DNA of 26,173 nt from assembly GCA_019358935.1 (NCBI GenBank), contig JAHHIK010000116.1, positions 1-26,173 on the forward strand. Reading direction: 5' to 3'. The notes beneath the pieces are model-generated. The model was given only the letters and a program-made list of their open reading frames with translations, had not been told where the DNA came from and ran no database searches. The DNA is from Tolypothrix carrinoi HA7290-LM1. GTDB lineage: Bacteria > Cyanobacteriota > Cyanobacteriia > Cyanobacteriales > Nostocaceae. Below, piece by piece: positions 9,345-17,017 of the stretch. The position numbers were made by a program, and so were the translations under genes. Within the stretch, counting starts at the first letter, position 1. The number at the start of each line of letters is the position of its first letter.

Positions 9345-10556
9345 GTGCGTTTATCTTTATTTTCTTTCTTAGCAATACCTTTTACATTTCTAAGTGTTGG
9401 TTTTGCTATTGTTTCGGAAATTAAACCAGTAAAAGCTGCATCATTTAGTGTGGTTGCTGAGGGTCTTGATAATGTACGCGGTCTTAGTTTGGGTCCTGAT
9501 GGTAGTCTCTACGTTACAGAAGCGGGTGTTGGGGGAGATCAGCTATGCAGTGCCTCATTTACTATCCCAGACCAGCAAGCTTGTATTGGTGCAAGTGGTG
9601 CTGTAACGAGAATTAAGGACGGTAAGCAAGAACGTGTTATTACAAATTTGCCGTCTTGGGCAATATCACCCACTGGCAGTCAGGCAATTGGCGCTAATGA
9701 CATCGAATTTGATGCAGCTGGAAATCCTTACCTTCTAATTGGTCTTTCTGGCGATCCAAATTCCAACAATACACCCCTAAATTCTCCCAATTTTGGAGAG
9801 CTATATAAAGTTGACTTTAACAGTGGTGCGTTGACAAGTATTGCCGATATTTCCAGCTATGAATTCGCCAAGAATCCGACTGTGCTTTTACCTAATGGCT
9901 ATGTAGGTAGCAATCCTTACTCTTTTACAATTGAGGGTGATACAGCTTATATTGCAAATGCAAATAGGAACGAGGTTTTAAGTGTAAAACTTGATGGCAG
10001 TAATTTAAAGACGCTTGTTGAGTTTCCCGATCAAACCATAACTACTCCTACGCAGGAGATTAAATATCAAGCAGTACCCACAGGTGTGGCAATTGGTCCG
10101 GATAAAGCTTTATATATCAGCCAATTAACAGGTGTTCCCATCCCAGAAGGTAAAGCAAATATCTTTCGTGTGGGAGAAGATGGTAAAGCAACAGTCTACG
10201 CTGATGGCTTTACGCAACTTACTGACTTAAGTTTCGATAGTAAAGGCAATTTGTATGCCTTACAATTTGCTAATCAAGCATTTTATAAGGGAAATCTCGA
10301 TGGTTCGCTGATTCAAATAGCCCCTGATGGAACTCGGACAACGCTACTTAGTGGTAATGGACTGGAATCAGCTACTGCTTTAACTATAGGTCCCGATGGT
10401 GCGATTTATGTTTCTAGTAAAGGCGATCGCGCTGGTATTGGTCAAGTCTTGCGAGTTGACAATCACGCAAAAGTCCCCGAACCAAGTTCTGCGTTAGCGG
10501 TAATCGCGCTTGGTGTAGGGGTTGGTTCGTTTTTGAAGCGCAAACGCTGCGGCTGA
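9345..10556 (+). CDS. ScyD/ScyE-family beta-propeller protein with PEP-CTERM sorting signal
   Basis: Signal peptide, GLDNVRGL, GPDGSLYVTEAG, SNPY, VPTGVAIGPD. C-terminal VPEP + TM helix + KRKR; GTG start. Confidence 0.88.
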   Translation: MRLSLFSFLAIPFTFLSVGFAIVSEIKPVKAASFSVVAEGLDNVRGLSLGPDGSLYVTEAGVGGDQLCSASFTIPDQQACIGASGAVTRIKDGKQERVITNLPSWAISPTGSQAIGANDIEFDAAGNPYLLIGLSGDPNSNNTPLNSPNFGELYKVDFNSGALTSIADISSYEFAKNPTVLLPNGYVGSNPYSFTIEGDTAYIANANRNEVLSVKLDGSNLKTLVEFPDQTITTPTQEIKYQAVPTGVAIGPDKALYISQLTGVPIPEGKANIFRVGEDGKATVYADGFTQLTDLSFDSKGNLYALQFANQAFYKGNLDGSLIQIAPDGTRTTLLSGNGLESATALTIGPDGAIYVSSKGDRAGIGQVLRVDNHAKVPEPSSALAVIALGVGVGSFLKRKRCG

Positions 10557-10637
10557 TATGCATATTCTACAGAAATAGATAAATTCAGTTTCTCATAAGC
10601 TTGAGACATTGACAAAAGTCAAAGAAATATCAGGGAC

Positions 10638-10683
10638 ATCAAAAGATTACTCATTGCGATCGCAATAGCAAATTTCGTAAGCT
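10638..10683 (+). promoter_or_regulatory. Shared PEP-CTERM upstream box plus putative promoter, copy 2
   Basis: ATCAAAAGATTACTCATTGCGA-N18-TAAGCT. Confidence 0.6.
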
Positions 10684-10707
10684 TTTGGCAAAGTAGAGCT
10701 GCTCAAC

Positions 10708-11988
10708 ATGCCTTTATCTTTTCTTTCTAAATCAACTCTTAGCCTGACAGCTATAAGTTTATTTCTTAGCGTTGTTTCTCAAACCAAACCAGTAGAAGCT
10801 GCTTCTTTTAAAGTAGTTGCTGATGGTCTTGATAATGTACGCGGTCTGAGCTTTAGTCCTGATGGTAGTTTATATATTACAGAGGCAGGTGTGGGTGGGG
10901 ATGGACGCTGCATCCCCGGACCTTCTTTGGAAGGTCTTGATTCATGTGCCGGTACAAGTGGTGCTGTCACCAGAGTTAAAGACGGCAAGCAAGAGCGTAT
11001 ACTTACAGGGTTGCCTTCAATAGCATTAAGACCCAGCGGTGCTACGGGTGAAGGTCCTCAAGATATACAATTTGATGCAGCTGGAAATGCTTATCTTCTC
11101 ATCGGATATGGTGGTAATCCAACTATCAACGATTTTCAAGGCAATTCCCCAAGCTGGGGACAGCTTTATAAAGTAGATTTCAATACGGGTTCTTTAACAA
11201 GTATTGCTGATTTAGCAAAATATGAACTTGCTAATAATGCTGATGGGGAAGCTGTGCTTGATGTTAGCGGTGAAATAGCTAGCAATCCCTATGCTTTTAC
11301 TATTAAGGGCAATACTGCTTATATTGTCGATGCGGCAGCAAACAACATTTTAACTGTCGGACTTGATGGCAGTAATTTGAAGTCGTTTGCTGTGCTTCCC
11401 AAGCAAGTTATAACTAATCCCGTTTTCCCAACTCCGGAACCGGGACAAGTTTCACCTCCCGATGCACCACCACCGGGACAAACACCAAATGAGGTGGAAA
11501 TTCAATCAGTACCTACAGGTGTTGTTTTTGGTGCGGATGACGCTTTATATGTCAGCGAGTATACGGGTTTTCCTTTCCCGCAAGGTAAAGCGCGGATTTT
11601 TCGAGTTGCAGCGAATGGTGAAACAACAGTTTATGCTGACGGTTTTACCCAACTCGGTGACTTGGCTTTCGATGCTAAGGGCAATTTGTACGCTTTACAA
11701 TATGGCAATGAACCTCAGTGGAAAGGTATTTCTGATGCTTCTGTAATTAAAATTGCCCCTGATGGAACAAAGGAGACGCTGCTTAGTGGTAACGGATTAG
11801 AATCGGCTACAGCGTTAACTGTTGGTTTGGATGGTGCGATTTATGTTTCAAGTAAAGGCGATCGCCCTGGTGTTGGTCAAGTCTTGCGAATTGACAATAG
11901 CGCAAAAGTCCCCGAACCAAGTTCTGCACTCTCGCTACTCGCGTTTGCTGCTTTAGGAGTTGGTTCGTTATTGAAGCGCAAGCGGTAA
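10708..11988 (+). CDS. ScyD/ScyE-family PEP-CTERM protein (tandem paralog)
   Basis: Same motifs as the upstream gene plus a Pro-rich insert; VPEPSS-TM-KRKR terminus. Confidence 0.88.
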   Translation: MPLSFLSKSTLSLTAISLFLSVVSQTKPVEAASFKVVADGLDNVRGLSFSPDGSLYITEAGVGGDGRCIPGPSLEGLDSCAGTSGAVTRVKDGKQERILTGLPSIALRPSGATGEGPQDIQFDAAGNAYLLIGYGGNPTINDFQGNSPSWGQLYKVDFNTGSLTSIADLAKYELANNADGEAVLDVSGEIASNPYAFTIKGNTAYIVDAAANNILTVGLDGSNLKSFAVLPKQVITNPVFPTPEPGQVSPPDAPPPGQTPNEVEIQSVPTGVVFGADDALYVSEYTGFPFPQGKARIFRVAANGETTVYADGFTQLGDLAFDAKGNLYALQYGNEPQWKGISDASVIKIAPDGTKETLLSGNGLESATALTVGLDGAIYVSSKGDRPGVGQVLRIDNSAKVPEPSSALSLLAFAALGVGSLLKRKR

Positions 11989-11994
11989 ATTTCT

Positions 11995-12138
11995 CAGGAC
12001 TTACGCACAAGTTACGGAAAAACGAACCACGTTCGCGCTTCGCGTCTGGTGAAGGAGAAGAGACGAACTACACGTTCGCCCTTGGCGTCTGGTGAAGGAG
12101 AAGAAGTAAGAGTTACAGAGGTATTTTGCGTAAGTCCT
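11995..12138. mobile_element. MITE with 12-bp TIRs AGGACTTACGCA / TGCGTAAGTCCT
   Basis: TIRs at 11996-12007 and 12127-12138; flanking direct repeat ATTTCT (11989-11994, 12139-12144); two internal ~33-bp direct repeats (12028-12060, 12071-12103). Confidence 0.85.
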
Positions 12139-12174
12139 ATTTCTGTTTTCCACTAACAAAAGAAGAAACAAATA

Positions 12175-12196
12175 AAGTCCGCCAAAGCGGACTTTA
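12175..12196. terminator. Bidirectional terminator-like hairpin between convergent genes
   Basis: AAAGTCCGC-CAAA-GCGGACTTT. Confidence 0.6.
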
Positions 12197-12226
12197 ATCA
12201 CATTCTTTTAAGTAAATATGCTACTT

Positions 12227-12871
12227 TCAGCTTGTTGATTGAAGACGCGATCGACGCCGCAGAAAAGCGACTCCAATCAAGCCGATGCCAATTAGCGCCG
12301 TAGTAGTTGTTGGTTCCGGAACTTTTTGAGAAACTTTAATAGAACCACTTACCTTTGCCAGACCATTTAAGGTAATAGTTGATCCGAGATTAACTATATC
12401 ATCTTCCGAGAATAATAATGTGGCTGTAGCGTTTTTGAATATGCCCTCACCACCAGTGATATATACAAGACCAGAACCTTTAGCTGTGAGGTTATCAAAG
12501 TTAACAGCAGCGCTGGCATCACTGGTTCCAAATAACTTATTCGTGCCGTTGCCGAACTGGATGTAGCCTAATGGGTAGCCTTGTACACCGAATGCCTCTG
12601 GATTGTTGTTAAAAGTGAGATTTCCTTTGCTGTCAAGCACGGAGTATGTCAGACCCTCGTATAGTTCCAAACCATAAGGGGCATCATCACTTACACCTAC
12701 CTCAAATACCTGGGAAATCTCACCAGCAATGGGTGTAATGTTAACAGTTGTGCGATAATCGCCAGTAAATGGATAAATGGTTTGTGCTGTTACTCTAGCT
12801 GCATTTGAGCAAACACCAACTAGGGTGAGGGCTAGTGGAAAAAGCCACACCTTAAGCGAATTGAATATCAT
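12227..12871 (-). CDS. PEP-CTERM sorting domain protein (beta-rich exported domain)
   Basis: Signal peptide (VTA|Q), ITGGEGIFKNAT motif, C-terminal VPEP-TM-RRRSR. Confidence 0.88.
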   Translation of the reverse strand: MIFNSLKVWLFPLALTLVGVCSNAARVTAQTIYPFTGDYRTTVNITPIAGEISQVFEVGVSDDAPYGLELYEGLTYSVLDSKGNLTFNNNPEAFGVQGYPLGYIQFGNGTNKLFGTSDASAAVNFDNLTAKGSGLVYITGGEGIFKNATATLLFSEDDIVNLGSTITLNGLAKVSGSIKVSQKVPEPTTTTALIGIGLIGVAFLRRRSRLQSTS

Positions 12872-13026
12872 TTCAAACCTTCAACCCTAAAGAATATTGA
12901 GTTTTACAAAGAGCCTAATTTTCAATTTTAAGACTGCGGCAATTCCACAAATGTCTTAATCTGAGTGAATTGTATCGATTGTCGCTATTGAAGATTTTCA
13001 AGCGAAAAAATACGCTCTGACTATAA

Positions 13027-13071
13027 AATTTACAAGGTGTAAGGTATTGTCGCAATGAACAATCCTTTGAT
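13027..13071 (-). promoter_or_regulatory. Shared PEP-CTERM upstream box plus putative promoter, copy 3
   Basis: Minus strand ATCAAAGGATTGTTCATTGCGA-N17-TAAATT. Confidence 0.6.
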
Positions 13072-13249
13072 TGACTTGTCAATTGTTTATACTTCACTCT
13101 TTCGAGTCGCTTATTTGGGGTAATGTTAGGGTAGCTTTTATGAAGTGCCAAAGCGTGTAAATTTTGATATTTTAGTTGTTGAAAAATCCTAAGCTGGAAA
13201 CCTTCAGAGTGGAATGGGGAATCACTCATTTTTTAGTTTAATACAAAAA

Positions 13250-13415
13250 GCGCGATCGCTCTGTTTGAGAGTAAAGAAACGACGATGAGCGATCGCGCTT
13301 AGGAAGGGCAAGTCTTGAGAGTTGACAATAACATAAAAGTCCCCGAACCAACTTCTACATCGCTACTCGCTTTTGCTGCTTTCTTGTGTTGGTTCGTTAC
13401 AAAGTAAGCAAACGC
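13250..13415 (+). pseudogene. Decayed copy of the 3' end (PEP-CTERM tail) of the ScyD/E genes
   Basis: GCGATCGCGCT...CAAGTCTTGAGAGTTGACAAT...AAAAGTCCCCGAACCAA...TCGCTACTCGCTTTTGCTGCTTT...GTTGGTTCGTTA aligns with 11858-11970 and 10423-10535, with indels. Confidence 0.85.
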
Positions 13416-13666
13416 AAACATATGTTAGTATCTGGCATACAAGGAAGTAAAGCAAAAAAAGTAATATAAGCCTTAATACTGTTGAGATAAAGCTTTCTCC
13501 TTTCCTTACCAAGCGCAATGCGAAGAACATAACTCCCCTTTTCAAGGAAAAGCAAAAAGCGCAAAAAAGTATAACTATTAAGAATATTTAACTGCTTGAT
13601 TCACAGCAATTTGTTTGTGCTAGCTTATTTTTTATAATTTACCACTCATCAATTACTAAGTATTTT

Positions 13667-14413
13667 ATGTTAGAAACGCTGAGTAATTCTACTCATAAAA
13701 TACCAGCTTTAAGTGAGCATTCTAAAGCTGGCATAGCTTTGATATTATCCAATAGCATCTGGTGGGTAATTGCGGCTAATCCAGTACCACCATCATTTAG
13801 ATTATTCTTCGGAGTGTTAACTTTTATTTTGAACTTGGTAACAGCCTACAAAGCTTTAAAGCTTTATAGAAGTCCTCTCCAAAATAAATTTACTGAAGCT
13901 TCTACGTTAAATCTAATATGGATGATTGCCTTAACCATATTAGTCGAGAATTGTTTTTTTGATTTTGAAAATCGACAAAGATTAATAATTTCATTTATTT
14001 TTGGAGGAATTGCAACTGTAGCATTGTTTGTTGATATTTTTCGACAATTTGCATTATATAAAGTTTTACTTATACCCAGGCAAAACTCTGGTCAAAAATT
14101 ATGGTCAATTGAAATGGCAATGTCAGTTGGTATAATAGGAAATATTCTTCAGATTATTGCCTTGTATACATTGATTAGATATCCATTTATTAATCAATTT
14201 TCTTGGAAAGATTATCCAGATCAATCCTGGTTTATATTCAATGCTTGGCATCTAACTGTAAGTATATCTATATTCAACCTTCCAGTATTGAGTTTGTATA
14301 ACTTAAAGAAGATTAGTCAAAATGTTGTTAATTCATATCTGTTATTTACAGGGTTATTAAGTATCTTATTTTGTGTAGCCTGTATTTTTATGAAGGTGAA
14401 ATGGTTTTTTTGA
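13667..14413 (+). CDS. Hypothetical polytopic membrane protein, AT-rich
   Basis: 248-aa ORF with about 7 hydrophobic segments; no recognisable motif. Confidence 0.7.
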   Translation: MLETLSNSTHKIPALSEHSKAGIALILSNSIWWVIAANPVPPSFRLFFGVLTFILNLVTAYKALKLYRSPLQNKFTEASTLNLIWMIALTILVENCFFDFENRQRLIISFIFGGIATVALFVDIFRQFALYKVLLIPRQNSGQKLWSIEMAMSVGIIGNILQIIALYTLIRYPFINQFSWKDYPDQSWFIFNAWHLTVSISIFNLPVLSLYNLKKISQNVVNSYLLFTGLLSILFCVACIFMKVKWFF

Positions 14414-14428
14414 TATCGCTTTTCCTCA

Positions 14429-14493
14429 TCACTTTATTGCTTGAAGAAAGCTTGTTCGCTTATAAAGAGCGATCGCACCATTGCCTGCTTTAA
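14429..14493 (-). pseudogene. Decayed copy of the 3' tip of the sugar-binding protein gene
   Basis: ATTGCTTGAA..GCTTGTT.GCTT..GCGATCGCACCATTGCCTGCTTTAA matches 15511-15566 (LKQAMVRS...). Confidence 0.75.
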
Positions 14494-14544
14494 AAGCGAC
14501 GCTCATCTATAATAAAAAAATTCAACGCCATCGAGACAACGGTT

Positions 14545-15294
14545 ATGTCACCCGATCTCAAAAATGCGTTACCAAGTACTGACGAGTTGCCTTGTTCAGA
14601 CGATATACCTGTGGATAACGAAGACCAAAACTTTCTGCCTAATGTCTTACTATTTTTACTGAACTCAATTTGGGCTTCGCGGATGGATTGGTTCTTCGGT
14701 GTCGATATGGGACTATATCACACTACGGGGGTTAATCCAAGAGTACCTGTAGTGCCAGATGGCTTTTTAAGTTTGGGAGTTGAACGGAAAAAAAACGGGA
14801 AATCGCGCAAAAGTTACGCAGTTTGGGAAGAAAATCAGGTAGTTCCCATCCTGACGTTAGAGATGGTGTCTCATTCCCCAGGTGGTGAATATGACGAGAA
14901 GATGGCTATCTACACTCGATTGGGTGTATTATATTATGTGATTTACAATCCGGAATTTTGGCGGCGCGATCAACATCAACCGTTTGAAGTGTATAAGTTG
15001 GTTGATGGTAACTATCAATTGCAGATAGGTGAACCTTGCTGGATGCCTGAAGTCGGTTTGGGAATTGGACGATATCAAGGTGTTATAGCTGGTATTCCCC
15101 AGGAGTTACTATCTTGGTATAATCAGCGGGGCGATCGCTATTTAACCGCAGAAGAACAAACTGAACAAGAACGAACACGCGCTGAACAAGAGCGAACACG
15201 CGCTGAACAAGAGCGATCGCGTGCAGAACAATTAGCAGAGTATTTGCGATCGCTTGGCATCGATCCTGATAATCTACCTAGCAAGCAATCTTAA
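14545..15294 (+). CDS. Uma2-family (DUF820) PD-(D/E)XK endonuclease-like protein
   Basis: LPCSDDIPVDNEDQ, VPDGFLSLGV, LEMVS, EYDEK, LGVLYYVIYNP; AEQERTR heptad tail ending LRSLGIDP. Confidence 0.92.
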   Translation: MSPDLKNALPSTDELPCSDDIPVDNEDQNFLPNVLLFLLNSIWASRMDWFFGVDMGLYHTTGVNPRVPVVPDGFLSLGVERKKNGKSRKSYAVWEENQVVPILTLEMVSHSPGGEYDEKMAIYTRLGVLYYVIYNPEFWRRDQHQPFEVYKLVDGNYQLQIGEPCWMPEVGLGIGRYQGVIAGIPQELLSWYNQRGDRYLTAEEQTEQERTRAEQERTRAEQERSRAEQLAEYLRSLGIDPDNLPSKQS

Positions 15295-15303
15295 TTAATC
15301 TAA

Positions 15304-15429
15304 TGCTGTGGTAACGACAGCTTGTGCTGTGGTAACGATAACTTATGCGTTCATAACAAAGCGATTTGCTGTGATAATGACAACTTGTGCGTTCATAATA
15401 AAGCGATTAGCTGTGGTCACGACAATAAA
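15304..15429. repeat. Tandem array of 6 x 21 bp with two unit types (A,A,B,A,B,A)
   Basis: A is approximately TGCTGTGGTAACGACAACTTG; B is approximately TGCGTTCATAACAAAGCGATT. Confidence 0.85.
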
Positions 15430-15437
15430 ACTTTTTC

Positions 15438-15495
15438 GTAGTTAGGAATGCGCGTTTTGATTCAAGAATTGAAGAGGACGCGCATTCCTCACTAC
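15438..15495. repeat. GTAG...CTAC REP-like hairpin just 3' of the binding-protein gene (may act as terminator)
   Basis: GTAGTTAGGAATGCGCGT ... ACGCGCATTCCTCACTAC, 18-bp arms with 1 mismatch. Confidence 0.75.
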
Positions 15496-15500
15496 TGCTT

Positions 15501-16781
15501 TCAAAACTCCATTGCTTGAATTTGCTTGTTGGCTTCTTGTTGCGATCGCACCATTGCCTGTTTTAATGGTTGTTGTCCCAGCATTGCGCTGACAAATTGG
15601 TTGTCAAAGTTGTTCATAATCACTGCCGGATATTTACCTGCTTGCCAAGGTATGGCATAATCAACACCTGTAACGAAAGGCGATCGCATCAAGTCTTTTT
15701 CATAACCTAATTTCTCTGCCACTGATTTGCGCGTCGGTAGTGCAAACCCGGTTGCTGTCCAATGAAGCATTCCTTCTTTCCCTGTCAGATAAGACATCAA
15801 CTCCCAAGCTTCTGCTTTGTGCAATGCTAGTTTATTCATTACATAAGCAACTGTAAATACCATCGTGCCTTTTTTGTCATTCATTGTCGGCACTTCTGCG
15901 GTGGCAAATTCTAGTTTGGGAAAGGTTTCTGTTAAATAAGGAATTGCCCAGTTCCCCTCAATCACCATTGCTGCCTTACCTTGACCGAACATTTCACTAC
16001 CTGAGTTTGTCCCCACATCAGATTTTTGTGCGGAGGTACGGTCTTTTTGATACTGGTCTACAGCTAACTGCAATCCTTGTAAACCTGCAACACTTGCAAA
16101 GGCAGCATAATTATTTTCTGTCACAAGTTGCCCGCCAAAGGCTTTGATTTTATAAGCTTGACGCGCTAATTCGGGAATTTCCCCAAAGCCATATTGGTCA
16201 ATTCTGCCGTCTCGATTGCGATCGACTGTCAACAGCTTCGAGTCGCTGCGGAGTTCATCCCAAGTTGTGGGAGGACTGCTCAAATTAGCTGCGGCGAAAG
16301 CTTGTTTATTATAAAACAGTGCCAGTGTAGAATAATCTTTAGGCAAACCATAAATATGATTTTGGTATTTGAAGCTGTCGAGTAGCGTCTGCTGAAAGTC
16401 AGCTAAGTCAAATTCTGGTTTGATGTAAGCGTCAAGAGGTTCTAAGACATCCTGACTCATCAAAAAAGGAGCCTCGAATACATCCAGATAAAACACATCG
16501 GGTGCAGCTTCGCCGACAAAGCGAGTTTTAATCACATCCATATATTGGTCATTGATGACTTCATGCTTGACTTTTATGCCTGGATGTTGTAGTTCAAAGT
16601 CGTTTAAGACTTGTCTTAACAATTTTTGTTCAGCCGGATTAGCTGCCCAACTGCTGAGTTTAACGATAACTGGTGCTGGTGCATTATGTACCGCTAGTGG
16701 TAGTTTTTGGCAAGCGAGAATGGTGAAGGCAATGGCGATCGCTACTACTACTCGCAAAAATTTCCACACGTTGCTTATCAT
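15501..16781 (-). CDS. Carbohydrate ABC transporter substrate-binding lipoprotein (family 1)
   Basis: Lipobox ILAC, APDVF, YGLPKD, LFYNK, PTTWDEL, FGQGKAAM. Likely start at 16781 (ORF extends to 16922). Confidence 0.92.
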   Translation of the reverse strand: MISNVWKFLRVVVAIAIAFTILACQKLPLAVHNAPAPVIVKLSSWAANPAEQKLLRQVLNDFELQHPGIKVKHEVINDQYMDVIKTRFVGEAAPDVFYLDVFEAPFLMSQDVLEPLDAYIKPEFDLADFQQTLLDSFKYQNHIYGLPKDYSTLALFYNKQAFAAANLSSPPTTWDELRSDSKLLTVDRNRDGRIDQYGFGEIPELARQAYKIKAFGGQLVTENNYAAFASVAGLQGLQLAVDQYQKDRTSAQKSDVGTNSGSEMFGQGKAAMVIEGNWAIPYLTETFPKLEFATAEVPTMNDKKGTMVFTVAYVMNKLALHKAEAWELMSYLTGKEGMLHWTATGFALPTRKSVAEKLGYEKDLMRSPFVTGVDYAIPWQAGKYPAVIMNNFDNQFVSAMLGQQPLKQAMVRSQQEANKQIQAMEF

Positions 16782-16909
16782 TCCTTTTGAAGGATGTTTC
16801 TTTTCACTTCTCTTATAGCTTCTCTGACTGGGGATTGATATATTTGTTGAGAAATGCAAGTTAAGATAACAAATAATTATCGGCACTGCTGAATAAGACA
16901 GATAAGTTC

Positions 16910-16960
16910 GTAGTGAGCGCAAAGAGCGCTCTTAAATTTGAGTACTAAAATACTCACTAG
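16910..16960. repeat. GTAG-type REP-like double hairpin
   Basis: GTAGTGAGCGCAAAGAGCGCTC-TTAAATTT-GAGTACTAAAATACTCACTAG, same layout as 8780-8827. Confidence 0.55.
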
Positions 16961-17017
16961 CTCTGGCAATTAATGCAGTTATACATTAGAAAGTTATAAT
17001 AACCACCGAGATAGTAA

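Noticed and set aside
9345..11988. Scytonemin biosynthesis cluster
   Set aside because: No scyA/B/C/F, ebo or aromatic amino-acid pathway genes in the window.
15160..15230. 21-bp repeats in the Uma2 3' end as a fourth array
   Set aside because: They are the ordinary AEQERTR coiled-coil tail typical of cyanobacterial Uma2 proteins.
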